64,000 bases of DNA from contig CM119386.1 in NCBI GenBank assembly GCA_051294905.1, positions 12,772,001-12,836,000 on the forward strand, read 5' to 3'. The notes under the pieces were generated by a model. That model was not told where the DNA came from. It worked only from the letters and a program-made list of their open reading frames with translations, and searched no databases. The translations under genes and the position numbers were made by a program. The first letter of the stretch is position 1, and each line of letters starts with the position of its first letter. This document shows, one piece after another, positions 51,283-64,000 of the stretch. This DNA is from Botryllus schlosseri (lineage: Eukaryota).

Positions 51283-53528
51283 CAGGGGCGGGCAGCTTCT
51301 CCAGTCTGCGGGCCGTATGTGGGAAAATGAAGTAGTCGGCGGGCCGGATTCCTGAATCGATTCATTATTCGCGTCTTTATCCACCTATTAGTGCGGAGCA
51401 TGGACCGGAGCCGGATTGGATATCCGGCCGGATTTTTTCAATTTTGGCCGGATCGAAGCCGGGTCAGTAGTTTTGTGATGCGACCACAATCTATATTGAT
51501 AAGCATGACTTTTGTAACTAAATAACTACCAATCAACTACACGTAAGTAAGCGCCAAGCCAGTGCGAAAATAAACGAGTCATATTTATAAATTCACGAAA
51601 CCACCGTGTCGTGTAGGGCGGAGCATGAACCGGAGCCGGGTTGGATATCCGACCGGGCTTTTTCATTTTTGGCGGGAGCCGCATTGGAGCCGGATAAGTA
51701 TTCTCCCTGATACGACCGGAGCCGGACCAGAGAATTGAAAAACAGGATCAGAGTAGAACCAGAGAAATTGTCTATCGGCTCCGCAATACCACCTATGCAA
51801 GGAAAAAATCGTATTTAATGTAAACCTTAAGTCTAAAGCATAGAGACCAGGGGTGTCAAACATACAGCCCGCGGGCCGCATCCGGGCCGCCATACGATTT
51901 CATCCGGTCCGCGATGTCATTCTGAGTAAATTGAAAAAGTATCGTATTATCCAGCACACTTATAACAGAAGTTGAGGTTTTTAGTAATAAATACTTTGAC
52001 GTAAATAATTCTAATCCTTCAGACCAGTGGTTCTCAACCGGGGGTCTGCGAAGCCTCCAAATTTACAACATAGGTGATAACGTAATTCATTAGGAAAATC
52101 ACGAGGCAGTTTCGCTTCATTACTAGTAAAACTCCCAAACTCACATCGACAGAATGGCCGTGTGCGATCAAATATGCTTCAGTACAGACCCATTTTAATT
52201 GATATATTACCAATAGACTACTGATGCAAATATTTTGCTGTTTAGAGATGTTTTGTTGGGAATTGTGGAAAAATGAAAAAGTTGAATTAGCAAGGTCAAT
52301 CACGGTGACTTCGAAATGTTTACAAAAATCCATTCTCTCCTGTGATATACATAACCATTTTTTCATAACTTCAAGATGAGCTGCTACATAAAAATGACCC
52401 ATGACCAGGCTTGACGGTATATGTGCATTAAAAAATGGTTTGTCAGTTTTTGGTGCCATATTTGTTGCGATTGCGATCGTATCCATTAAATGTGTCGTCA
52501 GAAGCGTTACGCGTTATTATGACATTCGCCACCACCTATCTTTGTGGAAATGGATTTTCGGCACTCGTTCATATCAAATCGATAGCTCAGATTTTGAAGA
52601 CTCGACTACGTACTTCTAAAAATGCAGTTGCAGAATTCCATTTGAAATGAGAAAATTCAACCCAATTTCTACACAAATAATATGATGTTATTTTCAAGAA
52701 AGTCATTTAGTTGCTGTTTATCACCAGCCTACAGTTATTATTTGCACAGGACAGATGGCGATTGCGCGATAATTGAGCTAAATTTGAACTAAAACTTCAG
52801 GGGTCCGCGGGGGTCCGTGACGGTCCAAAAGGGGTCCGCGAAGACGAAAAGGTCGAGAACCACTGCTACAGTAAATGTCGAACATGTTCAATTGTTCATA
52901 TGCCATTATTCCATCTCTCAGCTGCGTCTAGTTATCACACTCGGTGCCAATTCCATTGTTTGCGAGTAACGGTGTTGCTCGAACAGAGCCCACATTATCC
53001 ATGATATAATGTTTAATAGCCTACTATTCTGCATGGCGTTAATGGCATTCCTGTGAAAAGCAAAGGTATGGAGTTGAACGTACTCTGTAATCATTATAAA
53101 TGATCCGGCCCGCGAGCGATCAAAACTTTTGAATCCGGCCCGCGACTCAAGTTGAGTTTGACACCCTTGATATAGACCGAAACAGTATTTAATGAATTTA
53201 CAAACGTAATGTACTTCAATAGCTGTTGCATAGTCAATGAGACATTTGTGGTCGATAAAAGTTGTCATCAGGTTCTTTTAACTCTGGCTCCATGTCGGAC
53301 GTAGAAACCCTTAGCAAAGACTGCACGTAAACATCAGTTAGATTGGGACGCAGCTTTGTCTTGTTAATGTTCATGATCGAATATATTCGCTCGCGAATGT
53401 ATGTATTATACCCGAACAGAACCAGTAGTTTCAAGGCCGTCTTTCTCAGGTAAGCCAATTTGGATTCATTTAGAGACGGAGCGAAATTGTCCAGATTCGG
53501 CCCGCGGGTCGTGAGTTGCCCGCCCCTA
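51283..53528. mobile_element. Three nested hAT elements
   Basis: 51283-53528 (TSD GCTGATAC/GCTTATAC) > 51848-53169 (ATAGAGAC/ATATAGAC) > 52025-52865. Transposase remnants are FATTYLCGNGFSALVHIK (~52500, +) and 53234-53458 (-; ERIYSIMNINKTKLRPNLTD...QMSH). Confidence 0.85.
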
Positions 53529-54817
53529 GCTTATACCGTTCTGATTATCGAATCACTTCTGTATAATCACTCAAGCGAGAGATCCTCTCCCAATTTTATG
53601 ACATAATAACATTGACCTTTCACAATTCACTGTTAAATTGACCCATGGGCTAATATTCATAATATTATTTCGGTGATAAAACACTTTCAACAGTAGCTTA
53701 AGTATCGAAAGATCTCGGTGGCATCGAAACATCTGGAAAACAGATGCAGTTTGTTGAATCCGACTGATGCTCGAATGAGTGTAACCTGACCATGACCAAT
53801 GACCAATGACCATGCAATGATAATGTCACTATAGCTCACAACCGTGAGATGGAAGATCCTATCCTATTTCATAGAAGTATTGCTATGAAATCATCACGAT
53901 AAGATGAGCTAAAGCATGTCGATATGGATGATAATCTATCACGTATAGTTCAAGAGATTTAGCACTCCCTGTCGAGTTATTCTTCAAATATATTTCATTA
54001 TCTGAAAATAGGCCTACACAGTGCGAATTCTGGGAAGAGAGACAGTGGCAATGAAGGATATCGACCTATCGTACACGCTTGAGGCTTTTTTTTAGGTTAA
54101 ATCCAACTACTGAAGAAGGATACATGTCGGTGGCGTACGCGTGGCTACGTCCCCTTTCCAGACGTAAGTTCAAAAGGCGTGAAAAGTATTTCGCGTGTTG
54201 AGTAGGCCTTTGCCATGTTCTAACATTCTTCATTGTCGAGAGAGGGTGGCAAGTGTTGCTTCAGATTCTGCTGGACAAATATACCAAGTCGCTAATAGGC
54301 AATAATTGCTTACATGGATGAGGTTAGCTTGCTAACTGTGTGTTAAAATATAGGACATTTTAACAAAATTGCCGCCGTGTTTACATTCGACGCTTCAGTG
54401 TGTGAGGTACGTCACCGTTTCCGTCAAATTGTTCACTTCCAGAGTCTTTTAGAACAACACATTGTCTCAATGAATCAATGCAGTTGGGTAATCAAGAACG
54501 AAGTGAAGGTGTCAAAGCCACGTCTGATATAGAAATTTTCGCTCTCCGGTCGAGAGATGTATCAACTATCTCCTTTTTCGGTTATTTTTGATTACCCGAT
54601 ACTTGATATGTTGATGATGTTGAAGTACTAGTTGACACTGTATTATTGACACCACTTCCGATGTATCCTGGTCAAGTGACGTATGGCATGCTATTGTGAT
54701 TTAGCCTCATTACAAAGGGAGTTTGTTTCTCGGTTATCATTTAACAAGGGATATTCTAAATATTAAGTGATATTTCTGGAGATTACAGCAACGAGTATAC
54801 GCAGGAAGTGAATAGTC

Positions 54818-57800
54818 ATGGAAAGGGGATTATTGTCAATATTCAAGGTAGGAAGGCCATTTTATTTCAAATTAAAGTACGTATTGGCGATAATTGTATT
54901 GTTAATAATAATACATGTAGTAGCCTATTCACTGTGACATGTTGCCGATTTGAGGGGTGATTTAAATCTGGAAGCATACCAGCATCACAAATTTATCATA
55001 CATTTGCATGAAAAGGAAAAATCACAAATCCACAACAACTGGGGTTATTTGAACACATTCAGTGACATATCCTAACATCAGCGTGAAGCAGCATCCCCAT
55101 CCAAATTTAATAAACGTTAAATAAATGATGTATATTATATATGTAATATCTTTTATATCATCGCCTATGCAGGTAATCTACATTCTCTGTTCAATATTGT
55201 GCAACATTCGCTTGACGCTATGCGGGTGCCCGGAAAAGGATGGATGGACGGGTATCGGGGATAATTGCGTGAAGGTGTATGAAGATAAGCTCGGTACGGA
55301 TATATATGCATAATAATATACAGTATGCGAACATATTTAACATCGCATTTTCTGACATCATCGTAACTAAAACCAGGAACGGAATTAACATTGAGGAGTT
55401 GGAACACGAAGGCAGATGTAATCGCTGTTTTACCAGTGTTTTCTTGCGATATGTTGGTGTCGCTGTTGTTCAAGTAGTCCATGTTGTTACATTGGTCATT
55501 TTACACCAAACCGATGGTTTATCATGATTGGCCCACTGCTGGATTTTTGTAAAATACGGTGTACAGTACACTACACTGACCGGAGAAGTATAGATGAACG
55601 ATGAACCCACATCACTTAGGAAGGAAATCTGAAGTCGACCTTGGTCGGATATACTGTTGGTGGTAGAATAACTAACTGCGGCGACTCTCCATTCTTCTCG
55701 AGGTTAGCGATGCTAAAACCGCAAAGAATCGCTGTTATTGGTCGTGCATAGCGGTAGTTCAGCAGCAGGCCTTATACGCAATCCCTATAAGACGTTGAAG
55801 ACCACTGCTAAATGTGAATGCGTAAACATTTCAGTGCATATTGCTAAGTTGTAATAATGGGTGTATGGCTGAACAAATTCAAGTAATTCCGTTTATGCGA
55901 AAAATCATCGAGGCGACAGATCTAGCCTTGGAGTCGACTTTTATAAAAATACGCCAACCTAGTTTGTGCCAACAAAAGCGATCTCACCGCCCCTATAGAG
56001 TGCTGGTGACGCCATATTTGGTGATACGATTATTGATATACAAATACATAGCCTACATACACTTTACACATATGACATATACATATACAATGTTCTTTCC
56101 GATTCTCTACTAGTTAGTTGCTGACGATTACTCCTGCCAAGTGTCGGCCGAAAATTTTTGGGTTTGTTTCAATATGAATATGCTATTCAATTGTATATTT
56201 AAGTTCTGTCCCTCCAAGAAGCTCTTCAAATTCAAGTAACATGACATTACAAGTTGTAGATTACACGGTGTCTAAATATTCATCCACGACTTTTGCTTTG
56301 AATATCGATATTGCAAGGTTTATGAAACGTCCATATCAAGTTCTAAATATATTGCTAGCTTTATGACTATCCGATAAATAGTTGTATTTTATCAAGTATA
56401 GCAAACGGTCACCTCTAACACTACAGGAACTGCGTTGTTCGTTCGTCAGTCTTCGCTTAGACAGGAGCTGAATGTGAATAGGCCTATATCTGGAGGCTTG
56501 TAATGGTGTGATCTGAATCAAACGAATTACGTGCAAAACGTTCGTAACATTAATGTGCTGTGACCCAGAGATGCCACTGAGATATTTTGGAAAAACCCAG
56601 ATTTGGACGTTGAAAAAACCCAGAAAAACCCAGATCCTCTATTTCACTCAGATTTCTATGACTGAGACATTTCTATGACAGTGACTGAGAGTCATCAATG
56701 ACAGTTATACGGACATAGAAGAAGTTTTAGCCCTTGATATTGAAATCCCAACGGTTCATTTCCATACTATAATATGCATGTTGATCAGTTAAATGAGCAA
56801 ATCCGTCGAAATATGATGTTTTCTTCTTGACACATTGCTACCAGGCATTCGGTATGGGGGGTCAAATACGTAGTGTATGATATATTCGGAATCTTAGTCA
56901 CAATGCTAATTCCCATGTATCGTGAGGATGATTGTAGGGTAGTTCTAGTGACTGCGCGAGCTGACCAGATAGATTGAAAATAGCTTTCGATTCATTAACC
57001 CGGGGACAAACACTTTTATCTGGGATGTTTAGTCGAAAAAGAAACTGCCAAATCATGAGATTAAGAATACATTTGCATTTAACAAACCCCTCACACTACA
57101 CTCTGAATAACTTGCCCGGTTGCCCAAAATGTCTCTCTTCGAGTGTCCCTGTTGAAAGTGAATATACTCTGATGTCAACATGATAAATTAGTTAGATCAA
57201 CAATTGGTCTTTCCATGTGCATAAATTGCATACTTTACAGCAGTTACAATGAGTTACATACTATTTCTAGGGATGGTGTGAACGTGAGGTTCACATTCGC
57301 GTTCTGTGTGTGAACCTCAGATATTTAGAGGTTCACGTTCACAAACGAACCTTGGTAGGTTCTGCACTGTGAACCTTTTTCATATATTACAATTTTCACT
57401 TCATTATAGCATCTTTGGTTTAAATTTATTGCATTTCAACTGCGGGCCCGGTATATGCATGGCGCTGGCAGCATAAAAATCAACACTAAACGAGCATGCA
57501 CCTTGACAATCTCAAACATTTTACTTGCTTTGTTACAATTGTTTGCTCGAAATATCCAGCTTTCCGTTTGCGAATATTTAGTGACTCATCTCTGCTGTGA
57601 GCTTGACCCGCAATCACACAACATCAAGAGAGAAACACTACATGTAGGTAGTCAGTGAATGACTTTTATCCAACCAATCAATGAAATTGATATCGTTGTC
57701 TGATGTAAAAAATCTAGCAGGCGTACGGGGTCAAACTCGATTTCATTTGTTTATTGTATCATAAAAACCAACTCCGTGGATTGGGGTGTCGGCCAGTGCT

Positions 57801-60800
57801 GCATAACTTGTTAAAGGGGTAACATCGGTAGCAAGTAGGGAAAGTGGGAAACCTGTTTTACACTCTGCTCAATATCAACTTAGCAATACTCGGGACGCCG
57901 AATACATTGTACGGTCTGACCTTGACCGTTAAGGCGTAAGCTTATATTCCTTTGCAAGTTCTCGTCGAAATTGTGGCAAAGCGACGCAAGATATTGATTT
58001 TCTGGGATGGTTATATCAATTGATTGCCCCAGTTGATTCATCTGTAGACGTTTAAAACATTAATAGGTATTTCAGCATTGTGGCATATGTGGCCCGAATC
58101 GTTGCTAGGTATTGCAAGGCTATCACTTCACTGAAATGTAGGGTTGGAATTAGCAATATGACGTCACGTGACGTCACGAGGTTCACGTTCGCGTTCACAC
58201 AGAACCTTTCAAAAAGGTTCGCGTTCACACGAACCCGAACCTTTCAGAGGTTCACACCATCCCTACTATTTACTGACACACAACGAATTTGTTGCAGCGC
58301 TACCGGTAGCATTCAAGTCCTAAATCAGAGTTGCCCGGTGAACAAGACTTTCTGCGACCTAGTAGTCAGTATTCAATGAATGCTCTATCGCATAACGCCA
58401 AGACCTCTCATTTTAATAGTAAATGGGTCTCTTTGGACTCTGCCGTTTCAATTACAGTGGAATCCGTCGACATTAGAAGATCTTACTAATCTAATAATCA
58501 ATTTTTGCGCCGTAAAATTGACCTGACAAACATGATGTGGAAAAAACCCAGATTTCAAGCACAAAAACCCAGAAACTCAGGTCATGCTCGAAAAACCCAG
58601 ATCTGGGTGGAAAAACCCAGGAGTGGCATCTCTGCTGTGACCAGGGCCAACTGTGACCTGCCCATAGTGATGCCACAAAGCCAGATGTCATATTTCTTTA
58701 TCGATATTTTGGAATTGAAAGGTGTTTACAATGTAGTATACCATTTACCGCCCTTGACATGCCCAGCCCATAGAAACTTTTCACAATACTTCCATATTGA
58801 GTGTTAAGTATAGATTACTAACCTACATAGGTATAGCTTACTATAATAATCGTATACGATGCCGAAGAAATTGGGTATAAACTTGCTCAACCTTAGACGA
58901 GTGTTGCTTATAGGGTGGATGACTGCCTCGAAAACTTGCAAGGAGAAGTCTGGTAACTTGGTATCCATTTTGAGTGAAAGCGAGCAAGAGAGTCTGCGGG
59001 TTTTGGCAGCCGAAGAAACGTATTGGATTGGCGGTCACTTACCCGCGCTCGGTTAGTTACGCTGTCATTTATTCTAATTCACGCTTACCTATAACGGCAT
59101 ATAGCAAAGTTCAATGGCATTGTATAAATCATAGTTTTCAAGTCCTATTTCAATCGCTGTGTGGACGGATTCAAATTTCGGAATGCTTCCTGCTTCCAAA
59201 TTAACTCGGAATATCTCAAGTGGACAGAAGCCAAAGAAATGTGCGATAATTTCGGAGGAAAGCTAGCGTTAGTGCAGGATGAGGAAACAAATACATTTGT
59301 TGGGAATGCAATGCAAGAAATGGCCATTACAAGAAACTTAACTCGTATGTGAGTATATTATAGGAATGCTAGCTGTATGTTACTGTTAATCTGAAATATA
59401 GCGTTCCGTCCATAAGATATCTACTTTTAGCGTCACATGCTATAACATAGAATATTGAGGTATTGTAATTCACGAGTCTTATAGTCAATCTTCATCTAAT
59501 AGCGCTAGGCAAGCTCTTCAGTTGCTGCTATTAGAAAATGTATCTCCATTTCATTTATTCTGATATCCTATGATGTATTAGCGGTGGGCATAGACCGGAG
59601 CCGGATTGGGTATTCGTCCGGATGTTCTCATTTATGGCCCGAGCCGAATCAGTACCCTTTCTGATACGGCCGGAGATGGATCGGAGCCTGATCAGTACTT
59701 TTCACTAAGAAGAGGACAGCCTTACCCTCTTCCACCCTCGAATCAATAGTTGAAGTTAAACGTTCATGGAAATAAACCACATCCTAAGTCCAAGTTGGCA
59801 TAATTATTCAGATAATAGTGGGCCTTGATCTTTGAGTTTTTAATTTACTCATTTGCATTGTTTTAATCAATATTCAATAATATCCTGTGAGTAGATAATT
59901 ATTATCGGAGTTTTTCGGACCAGGCTATGGTCATTTCTAGGATATGGCCTAGGAGTCGGACCAGGGCTTTAAAAAACAGGATCGAAGTAGGACCAGAGAA
60001 TTAGTCTATCCGCCCAGCCCTAAAAGGTATACGATTGAGATCTTAGTATAACACCGTAGCAGGGTATAATGCGCATTTATGACATATCCATCTGATGTGT
60101 CGGCCTTACCCAGCATCTTTTATCTTCAGGGAGGAGCAATTAAGCTTCTGGATTGACGGCTACAGTCGGGCCGGATCTACGGATTTCGTTGACAGTGAAG
60201 GGAGTATGGTCAAGTATACCAATTTGGAATCGCCGGCAAAGCAAAATGGAGAAAATTGTCTCGAGGTGAGTATGTCGGCGTCTTTATAAAGTGAGATGAC
60301 CTGGTAATAATTACCCAAAATAAATCTATACACTATACAGACAGTACTATACTCGCCATGTCCTGTTTTATCAAGGTCTTCTTGGAAAAAGAAGAGGAAA
60401 TAGAGCAGACAGACTTAGACAAGCTAGCCCAAGGCATTGCCGACGGTAAGATGAATTAGTTATGCACTTGGTGTGCTGTGATTAGGTCTGTCAGAATCGA
60501 ACTCACTACGATATCCCGCTTTTCGGTGCAACGGTTATACAGACGCATCACAACTAAACATTGCTGCCAGAAGTCAATCATGAAATCCCTTCATTTTTGA
60601 CGATGTTTCCTGGTAAAGTGTGGCGTTTCTTCATGCGGTATAAACTCTATCATCTGCCTAGTTTCTGTCTCTGGAAATGTAGGAGTATATTTCATTACTG
60701 ACCCGGCTGCCCATTGCACGCGTGTAGTCCATATTACCTTGTCGGCAGCGAACTAGGGCTGCATTCAAAACAAGTGGTGTTTTAAAACAGTTTGTTTAAA

Positions 60801-63800
60801 ACATGTTTTAAAATAGTTTTGTTTAAAACATGTTTTAAAAAATGCCATTTTATAGTAAACGAAATTAATTCTTCAAAAGTTGTATAATTAAGCCATAATT
60901 TTTAAATAATTTCATAAAACATGTAGTCTGAGCCTGCATGGGCGATTTGCATCCGACATAATAGCCGACGTCTACGAAATGCACTAGTTGGAACTCTCGA
61001 AATCGTCGTCGGTACAAGTTTTGGTACGGTGCCGAATGGATGCCCTGATGATGATGATCGCCGACTGTCAAAATGCTGCATAACGACATATAGTCCTGTT
61101 TGAAGATATTTCTGGTTCATTTGTGACAGGGGCCGGAAGCCTTTTTCAAATACGACCCTGCTGCGAACTGTGCCGAGTTCCAGATTAACCCGATTGCTAA
61201 TATTGAGATGATAATGTGTAAACGTATTTCATTCCGTTGAAGACGCTGCTTTGGAAGAAGCCAGAAAAACACTCCCAACTGGCCTGCCACCCGGTATTAT
61301 TCCCGACGAAGAAGACAACCAACCTACTAATGACGAAGACAATCGAATCAAGCCAGATATTCAACCACCAAGGTACAAGGCTTCGGACTGCAATGCACGC
61401 AGGCTGTCTGTGTGTGAATTCTCGTTGAGAACCACCGAATCCCCTAATAAAGGCTCACCAGCTGAAGATTCAGACGAACCCAAAATCCTACCGTCACGAC
61501 TGAGTTCTTGTGAGAACTTAGCGATCCTCGCGAGATATGTCGATATTAGCTGTGACATCACCGGTCAGGGGAGTAATAACAACGACCAGTCTACAATGTC
61601 AGCCTACGTTGATTTGAAAAACGGATATTATATCTTCCCAAAGAGGGAAGCGCCCAAAAGCTCTAAGCGCAAAAACGAGAATAGTTCAACAACGGAAAAA
61701 CTTTATGAATTGGAATTTTGTGAGGTGGACGAGATAAAAAGGACCTTACCCGACGATCAGGACTACATCAAAGAGCAATTTAAGTAAGATATAAAATTTC
61801 GCAATTCCTTAACATCTTATGCGACTCAATTCACCAATGACAAGTACGCCGTAAATGTATAGGCATATCGTGAAACTATAGTTTAAAACTTCTTGTAAAA
61901 CTACGCAATAAGAAGGGCAGGCAAAAAAGTGTAATTCCCTTGGCCTAAGAAACTGTTGAATGGGGGTGGAAGTGGTCTGAAACATAACCAATTGAGAAAG
62001 TAGAAATATAGACAAACATTACTTGAGTAGGCCTACTCCGAAAAAGTAAACGTAATTCGTTAGTGAACGCCTCTGAGATCGGGGAACACTTTTGATTTCA
62101 ATGCTAAATGTTTTCAGATGGATTCAGACAGTCGACAATCAAAACCAGGCAATTGCAAACCTGGGCTTCCTCGGGGACAACGATATTTATAACGGTCCAT
62201 GCATGCAAATATCAGGTATGTTTGAAGTCTAATGCACTATTTCGGGTTGCTCTAAATGAGAATTTGTCTATTTCAAGATTCTTTTGAATTTGAATACTTA
62301 TATGCGGTTACTGAAAATTCGTTACTTCATGGGCACAAGAGCTATACGCGATTACATTTTTGGCCAACTATCCGACATCTTCGAAATGCTTATTACAAAC
62401 ATTAATATGATTCCTTATAAAATATGGGCAATTGTGTAGTCATTGTGTAGCCTATACGCATGTGAAATAAGTTCAAAGGAATTTAAGGAATTTCCCCCGC
62501 GTTAATACGATGATTATAGATGATTTTTATTGGCAGAAACGGATTTTCCAAGTGATTGCAACGGTACGTAACTCAGGTCCAGATTAAAACCCGTATTAAA
62601 GGATAAGTAAGATGAAAAGCTTCCCAGGCCGGGAATCGAACCGTTTTTGTGATTTTCTATTCAATGTACAAAAAATAGCAATAATTACATAAATGAAATT
62701 CTTCAAACTCGGGCCGCCTGGGTGAAAGCCAGGAATCCTGATCCCTAGACCATCTGGGACGGAGTAGTACGAGGTGTAATCGATTAACTTGATTTGTTAC
62801 TTTATAGTAGTTCATGTTCTTATAACATGTAAATCGAGTTACAGCTGATGGCAGTTGGAATACAAGTCGGTGTTCCGAAAACTACAAATTCGTTTGCGAG
62901 TTTTCGACCGACGTCATCAGAGAACAATTTTGCGAGAAGGACTCGAACGAGCCTTGGTGTACCGATAGCTCAGATAATTTGAATGTAAGAATATGCATTG
63001 TGGATAGTTACTTTACGCAAATATTTCATGGTTTATCATACCGCAAAAGCGACTCAACAAGGAATCGATTGAATTACTTGCTGGTTTGAGACGCGGGTCA
63101 GCAGAATACATCCTCGATGGGTCGGACGGGGCTGACAGGCTACAGAATCTTACGGATAGAGCAAAAATGCTATCAAAAACAAAATATTTGACAAGCTCCG
63201 AAACCAAGCGAGCCATCGAGAACTTCACATCAAACATTCTCACTTCAGCGTCAATTCTACTGGATCCGAACCTTTGTTATTTTGATAATAGTCAGGTGAG
63301 AGAGTTACTTGTAGTGACTAGTGAGTATGTGGACATTTTTGCCTACCAAACCATTTTTCGGTGAACATGGAAATGAGATGGGTATTTCGATCTCACATAT
63401 TAACACCTATCCGACCATTATACCTACGAGAGAAGAGTGGATTTAACCCGAGCTTCAAATCCAACTCAAATTTTAATGCGAATCCAGTTTCGCAACTTCG
63501 GATTCAGTCAAAGTCGTGAAATCACGTTTTCCAAATCTACATCCTTGCTCATTGCTGATACCTATAATAAGGCACCTATAACCGTGATCACAAAATAACG
63601 GCGTAGTCGATTGGGACGTTTCCCACCCACTGCTGCCATGTGATCTGACAAGATCACGTGTATAATACCGTGATTGTTATTTATACATCAAATCATATCT
63701 GGATCATGCATGTACCGTGTACAAATTGTACATTGTACATGTGCGTACGGGTCACATCGGAATCAATATTCATCCTATTACAGCTACGCGTAAGAGCAAT

Positions 63801-63922
63801 CGTGTCGTCGCTAAATACCATAGCGGAATATTCAGCGGACATGTTGCAACTTATTTTAATGAATAGCAGTGACGAAGTCGGGAATGATGTCACAGCGTTA
63901 TCTCTCAATGTATCAGGATTAC
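54818..63922 (+). CDS. Multi-C-type-lectin-domain secreted or membrane protein, 5' part (PKD1-like or adhesion-GPCR-like candidate); continues past the window
   Basis: Phase-consistent exons at 54818-54847, 55173-55293, 58914-59051, 59135-59348, 60130-60265, 60376-60445, 61243-61783, 62118-62215, (62537-62563), 62845-62984, 63050-63295, 63784-63922. Signal-peptide-like start MERGLLSIFKVIYILCSILC. CTL motifs CVKVYEDKLGWMTASKTC..YWIGG, CFQINSEYLKWTEAKEMC..FWIDG, GSWNTSRC..FVCEF. A helical stalk follows. Confidence 0.82.
56566..58634. mobile_element. hAT element with nested TAGGGATGG element (57268-58265)
   Basis: TIR CAGAGATGCCACT, perfect TSD CTGTGACC, AAAAACCCAG subterminal repeats. Confidence 0.88.
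59579..60022. mobile_element. CCGGA-rich hAT-type MITE
   Basis: TAGCGGTGGGC...GCCCAGCCCTA. Homologous segments lie at ~25820-26200 and ~51390-51780. Confidence 0.7.
62621..62759 (-). tRNA. tRNA-Glu(TTC) gene or pseudogene split by a 67-nt insertion
   Basis: 5' part TCCCAGATGGTCTAGGGATCAGGATTCCTGGCTTTCACCCAGGCGGCCCG (50 nt) plus 3' part GGTTCGATTCCCGGCCTGGGAA (22 nt) totals 72 nt. A TTTT follows 2 nt downstream. Confidence 0.8.
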
Positions 63923-64000
63923 GTGAGTATTTCCCTGAAAATTTTCGCGCAGCACGTATGCCAACGAGAAACCTTGGAAGTGACGCATTCTTACCGCAAA

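Overview
Eukaryotic, CpG-rich, transposon-dense animal DNA, most likely an ascidian tunicate (inference from the gene content). It contains: (1) a complete 15-coding-exon VDR/PXR-type (NR1I) nuclear receptor gene on the minus strand (43914->9490, 574 aa as I splice it), which needs a 5-nt microexon to stay in frame and has a ~180-aa insert in its ligand-binding domain; (2) the 5' part of a secreted or membrane multi-C-type-lectin gene on the plus strand (54818->beyond 64000); (3) many hAT-type MITEs with 8-bp TSDs, nested up to five layers, plus tRNA-derived SINEs; (4) a tRNA-Glu gene split by a 67-nt insertion. The main discovery is that most of the receptor's first coding intron is a heavily decayed but near full-length L (RdRp) gene of a negative-strand RNA virus (about 42957->37150, minus strand). 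Its motifs are colinear with Mononegavirales L and most resemble Paramyxoviridae, and a possible attachment-protein remnant lies just upstream. The ORF track misses it because of stops and frameshifts. All alignments were done by eye against reference motifs recalled from memory; no database searches were run.
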